In this document: one piece after another, positions 24,906 to 38,475 of the stretch
Layout of the letters: every line of letters begins with the position of its first letter
Position numbering within the stretch: the stretch's first letter is position 1
From: Camelus ferus
Lineage: Eukaryota
Assembly: GCF_009834535.1 (NCBI RefSeq)
Contig: NC_045697.1
Span: forward strand, 13,890,001-13,954,000
Direction of reading: 5' to 3'
Length of the DNA: 64,000 bases
Program-made: the position numbers and the translations under genes
Notes under the pieces: generated by a model
The model's database searches: none
Seen by the model: the letters and a program-made list of their open reading frames with translations, nothing else
Told to the model about the DNA's origin: nothing

Positions 24906-27900
24906 TTTCAAGTCTGAGAGAAATGATACTTAACAGGATTATCCTCCTCTCATTGCAAAATAGTACGACATAACAACCACACGTGTGTCCTTGCAAGTTG
25001 CTCCCAGTCAGCAGATCTCCCGGCCCTCTTTCATGTCTCTCTTGTATTTATTCTTGGCATAAAAACACATACATAAGTGTAACCACATTAATTTTTTAAC
25101 ACTGCAAATTAACATAGAATGTGCATTTGCACAATTTCATTTCTCGTTACGTGGCAACACAGGATACCTTAAGGCCAGAATGTTCTTAATGAGATCTCTT
25201 ACCCTCTCCCAGTTGGTGATTCATATAATTTAAAAATTCTTATATAAAATGAATTAAGGATAGAAAAATAGACTGTGACTCAGGAAACTGTTAGTTCACA
25301 TATTAAATAGTTGTTTTAATGTTGTGTTGTCCTGAATAACAAAATGAAGGCAGAATACAAGTGAGCTGGAAAATGCTGAGTAAACTCCTTAAGCTGTTCT
25401 GAAATTTACCCAGAACATTTATATGTATTGCTAAAGAACGCTTTTATCACTAATTAAAATTTCTGTTTTAAAACAATGTAAGATAATTAGTCCATCGAAC
25501 TTGTAATATGCAAATATGATTTGACCTGTGGAACAGTCTGTCATCTTTACATACGCTGCATGTATGATTTTCAGGGCATTTTTAGACTACACATTTCGTC
25601 AGAGTGCGGTTCACGTTGCAGCCCATTTAAGACTTTGAATTTAAACAATATTTGATAATGAAATAGATTAGAGCCAGAAGTTATTTTTGTTTTGCTGTCA
25701 TCATAACTCCAATACTTTTTACACATACATAAGCTTTGCAGTCAGATGAATGTGGTGTATGTCCTTTTCATTACCTGTTACCCACAAGCAAGTTAATTGC
25801 AATCATGAAATTATTTATAGAGTTAACCTTAAAACATTTGATAAATTGATATAAGAAACTTGGGACAAGAGTTTAAAAAAAAAACAAAACTATGGAGAAA
25901 GTCACAAAGGAGAGTAAAAAGCCCATCTTTGGCGGATACTTGGGGTCTAGGGCACAACACGGCTGTGTGAAACGTTATTAAGAGAACATCTGTGCCTCTT
26001 GAAATGTCCCCCAAGTGAATGTGTACAGCGAAGTATGGTGACTTGATTTAAGTGTTTAAAAAAAAAAAAAGCTTAAAGAAAAGAGAAATAAATAAGTCTG
26101 GACACAGAATGGGAAAAGATAGCTTTGCCCCATCACGATAGGTTTCTTCTTCTAGTGAAAGATTAAAGCTTGAAGTATGTGAATAGCTGAGAACAGCACA
26201 GAGAAAGGTTGATTGCTTCCCCTCCAACAGTTCCAATTGATTGAAAAAAGCCTAATTTAAAGTTCTGTTTGTTCTATGTCTTAAACCATCAGAATTCTCT
26301 TTTAGGACCTGAGGAATGCTCCAGAGGAAAAGAATCCAAGGATAAAAAGTCATTGCAAGCCAACAATTGTTCCTAATCCTCACAAAATGCTGGAGAAATT
26401 AAATTTATTCTTTATTGCTCAAAGTGTTACCTAGGTCACTGGGCGATGGGAAAATTGGACTGGAAGTCGAGTAGGCGCAAGCTTTGTTTTGTGTCTAGAT
26501 GTTTAACCTTAGACACCACAAGGCATCTTAGAGTGTTGTGGGAACTTGGTTCAGAGTGTTAACACGGAGACTTTTATTACCCTGGATTTATAATAGGCTG
26601 TGCTGTCAGAAGATGAAAATGTTGTGTTTACTTTTCAGTGTTAAATGATCATTTAATTAACACCTAAGGAAAAAAAAAGTTGTGAAATTCTTAGCAGCTT
26701 TTATTGTTGGTTTCCTGGGAGGTTTTAATATCCAAGTTTCATTGAGATTTCTTTTTGTTAGTAAAGACACAAAAGACATTATAAACTTTTTAAGGAAGAC
26801 AAACAGTTTAACCTTGACCTCTTTTCCCCTAAAATATTAATTTAAATTACATTTTGAATCTGGTGTGCTAGATTAGTATCTTAAAAATATGTCTTAATTG
26901 AACACTTTATTTTTGTGTAAATGTTTAGCATTTAAGTATTATTTAATTTACATCCTAAACTTCCTGCTGTAAAACATTTGAAGTTGCCAGTTAGTTTACC
27001 TTCAGTTTATAAAATATTTACAATACTGTTGATATGCATTTTACATCTTTAAACTACCACTGTAGTTACATTGTTTTAAGAATCGGGGTCAAAATAGGCA
27101 ACCATTGTCAAACACATTCTGTGGAAAAATAGGTACGTTGTTACTCTATTATCATCATCATTTAATTAGAGATCATTACTATCATATGATGAAGGAGATT
27201 TATATATGGACAATAGGAACAGTGATGCCATTAATATGAAAATTCAAATTCACTTCATTAGTTACTAAAAAAGATTTGATGCTATCAGCTTATTTGATGC
27301 TATCACTTATTCTTGATCTTTTATAAAAACATTTACCTAAAAAAGAATGGTCTTGAGACAGATTGATAGCATTTGTAAAATATAATCTGCACTGTCAGTG
27401 GCAGCTGCTCAATCAGTAACACTTTCTTTTTCTAAAAGTATTGTTAAAATGTTTATCTGTTACTCCTCTCATTTTATCTAGATATGTAACTTCATATTCA
27501 AACATGTGAAACATTAAAACTACCTATGAAGTTACTTGCTGTTAAAGTAAAATCTTTAACTTTTCCAGAAATGAATACAGCATTATAATGTAGTTTTTCT
27601 AAGTACATTATTTTTATTCATATTGAAAGTAAAAATGTTTATCCCCTTTTTTTAAGTTTAAATTCAAATGCCTCAGGATAAAACCTACTTTCTGTATTAT
27701 TCATGGTAAAAGAGTGCAAGGAGGATTGAATGTTATTAAAATCTCTTAATAGAAAGCCTTGCTTTGAACCAAGAAATCTATTCTCGTTCACAAAATACTG
27801 CTGAGCATTACATAGGCACTTTGTACAATGTTATATACTCTCTCTACTTCTATCAAGTTTCAGCATTTCTCTAAAACCTTTTTCTTTTTTTTTTTTTTTT

Positions 27901-28186
27901 AACCCACATTGAGTTTTTTGCTTCTCAAAGCTGTTTCTCTGTCCAGAGCTTAGTAACAAAAACCCACAAGTAGGAATATTCCTTTAAATGTTATCTCCTA
28001 TACATAAATATCCACCTTTTGATAGAGGTAGTTACAAGACACAAAATGCTCAGAAGTTAAAAGGTATGAAAGAAAAATAGAGAAAAGGAGGAGTGACAGT
28101 ATCTGGTGACTTAACATACTGGGTAGCTAATCTACATGATATAGTTCATTACACCAACTGAAATTCCAAGCCAGCCAGGTGTTGTA

Positions 28187-28210
<24 letters not shown>
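28187..28210. repeat. (TG)12 microsatellite
   Basis: Direct reading. Confidence 0.95.
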
Positions 28211-28217
<7 letters not shown>

Positions 28218-28909
28218 TTGGTTGGAGATGAGGATATTGAGAACTACAGAAACATACATACTTTGTGAATGTTCAGAATGTTTGAAGAGTAAATATTTAA
28301 GAAAATTAAAGGAAATTTCACTTAACATAGATAAATATGTTGCTCTTAAACTAAGAAAGCCAATGATATGCTTGCTCTTATACTGAGAAAGTCAGTGTTA
28401 ACATTTTATGCATTAATTATTTGGAATTTCTAACTAGAAACCAAAGAGGAAGATTTCAGGGTTTATTTTAGATAAAGTCTTCAGGTTTGCCTCTTAAAAA
28501 ATAGGAATAACTTTTCTAAATACAAATAATCATATTGTAACAAGTATATTTGATAGTTATTCTATTGAAACCTTTGCTTATAAGGACATTGGGAGATGTG
28601 ATATCTAGATATACTTTAGGCCACTTTGCAGGGATTAGGTAGTTAAAATTAACTTCCCTTTTGCATAAAACTCCTTTGCCTGGTTTTCAATACCCACTGC
28701 AATCTAGTTGTCTGCATTAGCACTTTAACTGGAGTCCAGGCAAGGAGATTATCCTGTTAGTGACTGGAAATTCCTAGCACATTTCTGGACTCCATCCTTG
28801 CTTCCAATTTAGAGTAGCACAATTTACTGTCCTCATGTAAGTCTCACCTCCTCCACCAACCCTTTCTCAACTGCTTTTGTTACCTCCCAATGATCATTCA
28901 TTCTAATGC

Positions 28910-29125
28910 AGTGGCTCTGACTACAGACAGCTGACTCAGACTGCTGGGTTTGAGTCACTTAATGGGTAAACTTGTGAATGTCGCTCAATCACCTGCCCTG
29001 TGCCCGCAGGTTTTCCCTCATGTGAAACGAGGGTGATAGTGGAACTTACTCCATGGAGGTGTTGTGTAAATTATTCACTAAATGAACACGAGTTAGTAGG
29101 ATACTTGACAGTTGTAAGTGCTAAG
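28910..29125 (+). mobile_element. MIR SINE
   Basis: cagactgctgggtttgagtc...cctgtgcccgcaggttttccctcatgtgaaacgagggtgatagt...ggttgtgt-like segment. Confidence 0.65.
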
Positions 29126-31268
29126 TGGTTTTTTTGTTTTTAGTTTTTGGTTTTTATTATTTAAACTACCACAATTATTATCTATCTCCTACAATGTGCT
29201 GTTAAGTATCATTTTCTATTCATAATGTGTGTTAACTTTGCCAAGACTCCTGTCTGACATTTGTCTTTGTTTTACATATAGCATCTAGCCTAGTGCTAGA
29301 TGGTTAAGAAATACTTTCCAACTGAATTCTTAATGGAAATTAAGCTTGAAAAAGACACTACCAGTAGGTTGAATTTGGGATGAAATATATGTAATGTGGA
29401 TCAGAAGTCAGAAGACATACTAGTTATGTTCCTAACTCTGCTGGTCACTAGCTACAGATGCTAAGCAAAGGTATTTGATCTCTTTGTAAAGACCAGTTTC
29501 TTTGCTTATAAAAGTATGTAGGAGTTCAGATAAGAGAGGGGCAAGAATTTAGCATAATGCCTCCTGGTCTCTGGGGACTGCTCAAACATAACTGAGGGAA
29601 GGAGAGGAAACGAAACATATCGAAGATTTGCTCTAGTTCTTTTTAAAAAATTTATGGGGAACTCTTCACAGGACTTAGCAAGAATTAGAATGGTGGAATT
29701 ATTCATGGTAATAATAAATCAGACGCTTAGATTGTAGGTGAATGATTTTGAGATTGTTCTCTTTCCTATTAGCAGTTTTGAAAATAAAGGCAGTTTCTGT
29801 ATTACATAAATACAGCCTGCTTACATTTTGCATGGCTTTGCTATTAAATGTAAATTGTTTGAAGGTTTAGGTTACAACAACAACAAAAGAGATTGATGGA
29901 GATTTGATGGTTATGCTGTATTAAGTGGTTATCCTGATGCTCGATAATCCTTCAATATGGGATACGTGGTGTATAATTGAAATAGTTTCAATAATCACCT
30001 GCTTCTCAAACATCACTAATAGTAGCATGAAGAAATGAGTTAAAAACCAAACAAGACAAAGCAAGGGAGAATAATGGAGTTGGTTTTGATAACAGTGCAG
30101 GTTTTTATGTTCATATTTGCGTTACCATCTTTTGATTTTAACAGGGTTGCTGGCAGGAGCCTTCATTTTCTGTTTTTCACCCCACCAAATGCAGTGTGCA
30201 CCTTGGACAGTTAATTTTCCTGACCTCTTGAGAATAGAACGTATAGAACCTGAGTACCCCGAAGGCAACTGAACTCTGGAGTCTGTTTCTGAAAGGCAGG
30301 CTCCCTCTCAGAACTGGTGCGGTTTTCCTTCCCTCTCTTTAAAGGGAATGAATTCCATACCTAATGAGTAGTTTCAGGGAAAGTTGTTAATCAGGTACTC
30401 TAAGTGACCACCCTGGATTCTTCTCTTATTACAGAGGAACGTGAGGGAATGAGAAAGCAACATAGTTACATCTGATAAAAGGAAATACCTTTTTTCCTCT
30501 CCCCACCCACCGTGTAATCCTCTGGAATTTAGTTGATGCGCGGGAAACTACTACAGCAAACAGTATGTTTGAAAAAGCTGAGTTGGATGAACAAGAGTAA
30601 CACTTGTAGCTGCAATAATTACATTAAAAATCACAAAGTCTATCGATCATTGTATTTCAGGGCAAGAGTTTTCACCTGAGGGGGGTCTGGAAAGAACTTT
30701 AATTAAATTCATGTTAATTTTACAAGGAAGTGTTTATATAGTGGGCAGCCCCACTATTATCAACATTATTTTTTTGGTTTTTTTCTGAGTTATCAGATAT
30801 CATGTTGTTGCCTGAGATGAGATACGAGCCCAAAATCAGATGAAGAACTTGAACTAAATATGACAGAGGGACAAAAAAGAACTATAAATATAACAGAATG
30901 TTATTGAAATGAACAAATATTATTTTTCAACCCTTTCCCATTCAAAAAAACATACACTAAAGAGAGAAGATTTAGAACAGCAATAATAGGGCCCAGATAC
31001 TGCTTTATTGTCTGAATTAAGTGATCTGGTTGAATAACACTATTAAAGTATAGAAAATGTTTTGCTCAAGGTTTAGTTATTTCCAAATACATGTTATATC
31101 CACATCATCACTGTGTATTGCGAGGTTCTTACTTTCATTGTATTTTTATAAGATGATCCAGGTTTAGATTCTGTAAATACAGCTCTTCTCCCCAGTCCTC
31201 AAGCACATGCTATTTTAGTACCTTGTATTCGTTGCTATGTTGATCATTCTATATGTATTACATTTCAA

Positions 31269-31500
31269 AGCAGTGATTCCTAACGTGTGCTCTCTAGTGA
31301 GCCGTATTCTGTGGTCAAATGTGTTAGGAAATAATGAAAGTCGTATCCCCTGTGGTGACTGTGCTGGACACTTGTGTGTTAATCTCCAGGGCATCGTGCA
31401 ATAAAGAAATCTGTTTCACTTAAAAAATTTGCTTCTCAAAGTTATTTGACTATCCAGGCCCCCCTTTTTCCTACTTCCCCTACTAACACCAATTAATCTC
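31269..31500. mobile_element. Possible hAT-Charlie-type DNA transposon (MITE) relic
   Basis: Starts cagtgattcctaac and contains caataaagaaatctgtttcac...ttctcaaagttatttgac, reminiscent of old MER-type hAT elements. Weak. Confidence 0.35.
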
Positions 31501-31838
31501 ATAGTAAGAGCAGTCTTTAGCTGTCCCCCCAAAATAACTACTTTTCCTTAATTCTGATTGAGATTTTTTTTTAAATAAAAACTATTTTAGATATGGGTGG
31601 TCCAAGTTTAATATTGTTTTTCTTGTACCAATATGGTCAGGTAAACAACTCTTTATAGTTCATTGGCCTGATAAATTTGGTTTTTGTTTTTTAAGCCCAT
31701 CTTTGAAAGCAAACTTGGCATTCTTTTGTTAACTCTAGGAATAGAGAAGTTTAGATCCTTATGTAAGAATCTTGTTACCTTAGCATTGTTATTTGCTTAT
31801 ATGTATGTGCGTGGTATGTGAAATCATTTATTATATGT

Positions 31839-31858
31839 ACACACACACACACACACAC
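31839..31858. repeat. (AC)10 microsatellite
   Basis: Direct reading. Confidence 0.95.
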
Positions 31859-32639
31859 GCAGATACCAGCGCTAAGGTACTGAAAATTCTACGGAAAGAT
31901 ACACATTTCTCTCTCACACACAGCACCACTCAGCTCTATTTTAATGGCTGAGAACACTTCATCCCTTAACGCTTTCTCCCTTCTCCACTTCTGTCATTGT
32001 AACACCTGAAGCCTGATGTTTACAGCATTCTTTAGCAACACAGGGATGTCTGCATCCTCTCAGGTGGGTGTGAACTTGCAGGAGTCTTTCTCACTCCACG
32101 GAGAGTGTTGAAGCCAAAAGTGCTTGATGTACTATTTCTAGATGGTTAAAGGACTTTGAAATCAACGTAGAGTTTCATAGGTTCAGTATTTTTAACCAGA
32201 ACCCATGTCTGCAGGACTAAATGACAAAATAACTTAGATATGATGGGTTAGAGACAGGAAAAAAAAAAAAAAAACCAAACTAATATTAAAATCTTCTAAG
32301 ATAACGTTTCATATATGTGATAGGTGCTTCTCCACAGAATACTTAGACTGATCATTACTGGAAACTGTGGTCTCTTCTGTTAGTTCCCCCAGCATGTTGC
32401 TTTCTGCCAATTCCTATTTATATTAAATATCCTGGGAAAATACATCAAAGAAAACATCAGTTTATGGCTAAAACAGAACTACTTCAAAGCCTGATGAAAT
32501 GGGCTTAATAGAAATAATTACTTCAAATTATCCAATTTTTATAAACACATTCTTTAGATTTCACTAAAAGCATAAAAATAATCCATTTTGTCATAGTTTG
32601 GGTTCCATGGGTACCCCCACCCTCTCTTCCCACTTCCCT

Positions 32640-32785
32640 GTTTTCTTTCTCTCTTTATGCTCTGTCACCATCTATCATATTGTGTGTTTTACTTATCAGA
32701 TTATCTGTCCCTCCCATGTGAAATGCAGGTTTCATGAAGGCAGAGCACTGTAGTCGTTGCACAAGAAATACTGGTTGAGTGAATG
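32640..32785 (+). mobile_element. L2 3' end fragment
   Basis: ttatctgtccctcccatgtgaaatgcaggtttcatgaaggcagag...aaatactggttgagtgaatga. Confidence 0.6.
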
Positions 32786-32794
32786 ACTATCATT

Positions 32795-32950
32795 GTAACA
32801 GGCTGACAAGATTTGAATCCAAGCTTCCTAACTGTAGCTTGGAGCCCATCACTTAACTTCTCCACCTCAATGGTCTCTTCTTTAAGGTGGAGATAATCGG
32901 AGCATCTGTGTCACAGAGTCATTGAGAGGATTAGAAGATGTCATGCGTCT
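32795..32950 (+). mobile_element. MIR SINE
   Basis: gatttgaatccaagcttcc...acttaacttctccacctcaatggtctcttctttaaggtggagataat...cacagagtcattgagaggatta. Confidence 0.6.
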
Positions 32951-34859
32951 GCCACAGAGTTCCACTGATGTTAAATGTTTTTCATAAATCAAACAATCCT
33001 TGAATGGGTTGAGGAAAAATAACCAAATGCTTACCACCATCCATTCAAATCATTTGCTGTTGCTTTGTGGTCTTTTCGGAGCCACCCCCTCTCCCGACCC
33101 CCTGTACTAGAATAAGGAAGCCACATTTTACAAGCTGCTTGCTCTTTCCTTCTTTTTCCTACACGTTTCCTGGGTTCCCCATTTTCATGGCGTTCTCTGT
33201 CTTCCCAGTGCTGCTTCTGGGATGTCGGAATCCCACCCTGGCTTTGCTGTTAAACAGAACCTGCTTTACTTCCTGTCTGCAGAGGCTGCTGCCCTTCAGA
33301 GGATGCCACCATCTCGTCTGAGTAGAGGGGTCCCTTCCTTCGTGTGGCTGTGCAATGCCAAACTATAGATACCTGCTCATATGTAGATGTTTTCACTTAC
33401 TTTTTAACTTGATTAATCTATGCACTTCTGGACTGGGGACTAAAGATGTTTGACTAAGTCTAGTATATTACAGAAATAGTGTAATTTTTATATTATGCTT
33501 GCTAGTTTATTGACAGAATCCCTTCCCGAGGTTGTACACCCCTTGAGGGTCTGGGCCCTTTTATCTCTGTTCACCATAGAGCAGTATTCACATGCAGTGG
33601 ACACTCAATAATTTGTAAGCTGAAATAAAAGTGCAGGAAGTACAAAGTATCCACAGTCGTCTTTCATGACAAATGAGCTCCAGAAGGCATTTGAAGCTGT
33701 AACTTTTTGATATCTTTCCATTTGTTCTCCCTTGATAGTGTTTAAGTTAGAGTAGCAATTAGTAAACTTGTTCGGTGTATCTTATCTCTTGTAGCAGTAA
33801 AAGATAGGTGGCTTTTTATAGGTGGCTTTTTGTACCACTTTTGTCACTGTGATATTGCGTGTCAATTCTGTTTATGAAAGCCTAAATAAAAGGCTATTCC
33901 ACAACATCTTTGATAGTATGTATAAATTCCTAGTATTTTTTACACATTTGTATGTGTGTGATTTTGTTTAAGTTGCAAAGAAAGCAATAGTGCTACAAAA
34001 TTACAGCAAAATTGAAATTGCTAAAATAATAGAACACCATCCAGGCAGCTAGTCCCATGGTCGCTAAGGCACAGCTTACACATTGAGCGTGCGTCCACAG
34101 TTCTTTGCCATTCTAGAGCATGTACTTCTGACATTTTTATTAGGCTTCTGTGTTTGGTCACTGTATTAAATCCAGCAATTTATTCCTTTCCACTTAAATT
34201 GTCTTCCCTGTACAGGGGGTGGAGAGGAATTCACAGCGGCTGCACATAAAAGGCCATTATCTTATCTTAGCAAATCCAGCCCTACAGAGACAGTGAATCA
34301 TGACAGCTCAGCTGGGAGGCTGGGAAGGGAAATGTATCAAGGAGGGCCAGAGAGTGAGCGTGAGTCAGTGATGAGGCCGGCGGCTGGGGTGCTGGTGAGC
34401 CCAGCAGCGGCGGCAAAGGTTAGCATGCCTCTGCCGATCCAGGCCTGGTAGACCGTTTAGCCGACAGACTGAAGTTTGCACCCAGGGAGTGTGCTCTGCC
34501 TATAATCTTGATTTACTTGTAGCTTTTACAAACTACTCAGGAGACCTTACTACACTGTTATGTTTCTCCCCCAGATCAAAGCACCTTTTTTTCTTTTTCT
34601 TTTTTTCCCATGGGATAAGTGTACTGATGTTTCGTGTGTATGCCTGGAGGCAGGGTGGCAAACAACTCTAGAAACTTTGGCACTTTCCTGTAATACACCC
34701 TTCATTCCAGGAAGAGAAGTTCTGATTGGAGGATGTGGTGATGAGGGTGGAAGTGTTGAGGCCCGCTCTGTAGCTCTCATGGACAAGCGCATGACCCACG
34801 AGCTCTACCAGTAGGTTTATTCGTATTAATAGTTACTCGTTTGATCTCAGCAATATGAA

Positions 34860-34930
34860 GGAGAACCACATTGCTGATGAGGAAACTGAGACCCAAAGAG
34901 ATGATGTAATTTGTCCAAGTGGCAGGCTGG
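34860..34930 (-). mobile_element. MIR core fragment
   Basis: gatgaggaaactgagacccaaagagatgatgtaatttgtccaag. Confidence 0.75.
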
Positions 34931-35069
34931 CATTTGACTACAGTGCAGTTGTTCCTTATGACATGTATTAACTGGACTGGGGTCAAGAGTTTCTTTTAAT
35001 TAGGTAAAAATACTATAAAAGGCATGATCTTGATAATCTGTTTTAAATCTCACATTGTCTGATGCAGTG

Positions 35070-36400
35070 TTAATTGCATAGGTGCTTATTGGGAACTTGT
35101 CACCCTCTGTCCCCACCTCTCCCATCACTTATCTAAACTTGAAGCTAGGTGTCCTCTTGACTCATTTCCTCTTCCTTTATCCTCATTGTCAAGTTCTGTT
35201 GATTCTGCCTCCCAACAACCACACCCATCCATCTTCTCTCCTTTCCCTCTCTTTAGTTTACTTCCTCATCAGGGTCCCCTGCTTCAGGATTTCTTCCTCC
35301 ACACCATCCTCTCTCTCCCCAAAGGCCAGAGGCTCTTCTTAAAACTCCAGCTAGGATTATGTCCTTACCCTGGTCAAAAATCAGTTGGTCTGTTAACACA
35401 GCAGTTTCGATTTAGCAAAACATTTTTCCCGTTACATTCAAAGGAACTCAGATAAATACATATCACTGCCTCACTTTTATAGATGAAATAACTGTAGCCT
35501 AAAGTAGTTAACTGAATTACTAGCCCACTGTAATAATGCTAGTAAATAATAGAACTGTTATTTTTCTCTAAACCTTCACTAACCCTGGGGTCTGTAGTCT
35601 AAACTCCTTCCATGGCCGTCAAGTGTCCTCATTGGTCCCAACTTATCATTCTTATTCCCTGATTTATTATTTTTTAAATTATACCTTGTACTTAAAAGGT
35701 TACACATGTTAAGTCAGCTGCTCAAAGTCAGCCTGTGGACTTTGGCTTCCAGTATTTCTTCTGACTTCTTCACCAGGAAAATTTCTCTTCACTCTCCAAG
35801 ACCCAGCTCATGCCTCCTCTACCATGAAGACCTCCTTGATTTCCTCCAGGACAATGTGACACCCCTCCCCACCGCAACTCAATGTTTCAGCCAAACAGCG
35901 CTCTCCATTTAGATGCCACAGCAGCCTCACACAGGTCATTCCTCTTCCTTCTCCTTTACTGCCTGACAGAATATCTCTCATGCCCTCTTTTGCTAACAGT
36001 ATGCCTTATGCCTCAAGAGGCTGTTACAGCAGAAGTCGTATTTATCTTGCAAACCTTAGGTCCCAGCCCATAGTTGGGACTGCTTTGGTGACTAAACGAG
36101 CTTATGTGAAGACTGTTTATAATGAATTCAAATGAATTCTTCTCTGAGGCTTTTTTTGGAGAGCCTAATCTGAGCCTGCTCCCTGCGCGGCCCTGCCTTG
36201 CTGTCTTTCTTAGGCCCCTGTTAGTTTTATGTAACAGTTGCCTTTTATCACAGAGTGTTTGTTCCTCCTCCTCTCTCCTTCTAGAACCCAAGCATCAGAT
36301 GGTAGGTTCTAAGTCTTTTTGATTTTCATGCCTCCCAAAGCACCTCTCAAATCACTGAGCACATAGCAGGAGCTTGATAAATGCTTATTAAATAAATTTA
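35070..36400 (+). mobile_element. Cluster of L2 fragments interrupted by a MIR (35410-35560, minus strand)
   Basis: Pyrimidine-rich L2-like text (aaacttgaagctaggtgtcctcttgactc..., ccagaggctcttcttaaaac), L2 tail acatagcaggagcttgataaatgcttattaaat, and MIR-like cctcacttttatagatgaaataactg. Confidence 0.55.
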
Positions 36401-36648
36401 ATAAAGACTTGACATTCTTTTCCTGCAAGTCACATTTCGATCATCGAAACAGTAAACTTCTGTCGGAAAAAAATATTTTAAAAAGTCACTATCATTGTAT
36501 CTGATTTGTAAACAGTTCATACTTGACAGAACCAGAGCATGTTTATACGTGTAGATCGCCAAGTCCACGCCCAGGTAAACAAGCCTTGCATTTCATCATG
36601 TTTATTATGGGAACATAGTGTTGTTAGTTTATTTTAGAATTTATGTGA

Positions 36649-36845
36649 AATAGATAACAAGGTCCTACTGTATAGCACAGGGAGCCCTATTCAATACCTT
36701 ATAATAGCCTATAATGAAAAAGAACATGAGAAGGAATATATATGTGTATAACAGAATCACTATGCTGTTTGCCAGAAATCAATATGACATTGTAAACCGA
36801 CTATACTTCAATTAAAAAATAATAATAATAAATAAATAAATAAAC
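36649..36845 (+). mobile_element. 5'-truncated L1 3' end (artiodactyl type) with (AAT)n/(AAAT)n tail
   Basis: tagataacaaggtcctactgtatagcacaggg...tattcaatacct...gaatcactatgctg...ccagaaa...acattgtaaaccgactatacttcaattaaaaa; possible short TSD atgtga (36643-36648 / 36849-36854). Confidence 0.9.
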
Positions 36846-36857
36846 GGCATGTGAGTC

Positions 36858-37070
36858 AGTGTGCTGTGGTAGAGAGAGCCAAGATTTTTGTGGGCAGACA
36901 GGATGGGGTTCAAACTCCAGTTCAGTAGGGCGCTGGGTGGGAAACACTCCCCGACCCGCTTTCTTACTTGCTAAGTGAATATAATATACTACGTGTGTTA
37001 CTGGGTTGCTGTGAAGATTGAGTTTGTGGTGTCAGCAAAGTGCTTACCCTTAGTACCTTCTCAATAAGTA
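36858..37070 (+). mobile_element. MIR SINE
   Basis: cagtgtgctgtggtagagagagc...cagacaggatggggttcaaactcc...ctgggttgctgtgaagattgag...aaagtgctta...ctcaataagt. Confidence 0.7.
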
Positions 37071-37319
37071 TCCGGAGTTATTAGAGATGCTGACACTTCA
37101 CTGAATTCTTGTGTTCTGCACACGTGCTCAAAAATTAGAGTATTTCACTTCATTTTCTGAAATGCCAGGATGAGGCTCTCTACCCAGGATAGTATATCGT
37201 GTCAGCCAGGTTATTGTGGATGCTTTTGGAAAAACTCTTCAATTTTAAAGTCTTGTTTAATTTCTCAATAAGACAAACTATTTACGTATAGAAAATAGGT
37301 GGTTACTGTTAATAGATTC

Positions 37320-37770
37320 GTTGTGTTTTCAGTTGCAAACAACTGACACTTGTCTGAATCTGGCATCAATAGTAAGAAAACTTATGATTGCACAGAGCAA
37401 GACGTTCAGAGGTAGTTTTCATTCCTTTCTCTCTCTTCATTTTTCCATCCTCAAGGGCAGCTTCTCCTAAGGCTTTGCTCCTGGGCTCAAAAGGGCCATC
37501 ACTTTGGGTTTGGATGGGAATCCCACTGGTTCATATGTAATGGGAGAAAGAGGAAAAAAGGAGAGAGTAAGGAAGAAAAGAAAGGACAGAAGAGACATCT
37601 CTCCAGCACAGCCCAGTGGATTCTAAATCCCTTCCTTTGATCGACTGAAACAATTTAGGTTTCAACTTCAGACCAAGAGTTGCCAAAGAAATGACACATA
37701 GTGATTGGCTTAAACTAGTTAAGATACCCCTCCAGACTTTCGGATGGATGGGTAAGTGAATCAGATTAGG
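37320..37770. mobile_element. Possible old MaLR (MLT1-like) LTR relic
   Basis: tttcagttgcaaacaactgacac...gattgcacagag...gttcagaggtag and gtgattggcttaaac resemble old MLT1 LTRs. Weak. Confidence 0.35.
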
Positions 37771-38334
37771 ATGCTGTTAGGAAGGAGGAAGGGGTGGTGA
37801 CAGATGTGAGGAAATAACCCTCAGTGTCCACTGTAATCAAGCACTTAAGTTTAAATTTTTCATTTTTTTGTACTGCGGGAATTTTGGAAAAGTTACTATT
37901 ACAGCAACTTCTAATTTAGGTGCAAAGAACTGAACCTCTTACCTTTGTTGATTTCTTTGGGCTTTATTTTCACCCATAGGGCGAATAAAACCCACCTTTC
38001 AGGTTTTCAAGATGATTAAAAGTAAAATCTGTGTAAGGCTCAGCACGTAGGACAGGCTGGCTTTGAGTAGTTGCACTTGTATTTTCTCGGTCAGAATTTA
38101 TTTATTTCATCTTTGTCTCATCTGTCTTCCAGTTTTCCACTTCCAAATATTTACATTATGAATCCACAGAGGTGCCTCATTGCCACGTCTAAGTTAATAC
38201 ACCCGAGAAAAATTCATAAAGGTCTTTTCTTTAACAAAACAGTTTACATTTTATAAAGTGTATAATCGTACCATCTCCCATGACTCTCACAGCAATGCTG
38301 TGATGTATATAATCAGTTATGCCGTTTAACACAT

Positions 38335-38475
38335 CTCTTTACCTGCCTCCCCCTGTAAAATGTGAGTTTCTTGAGGACAGAGACTCTGTCTGTTTTCTCC
38401 ACTGTTGTATCCTCAGCATCCAAATTAGTGCATCACACATGGTAGCTGGGTGGATGTCAGTCGGTGTTTGTGGAA
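38335..38475 (+). mobile_element. L2 3' end
   Basis: cctgcctccccctgtaaaatgtgagtttcttgaggacagagactctgtctgttttctccactgttgtatcctcagcatc...cacatggtag. Confidence 0.75.
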
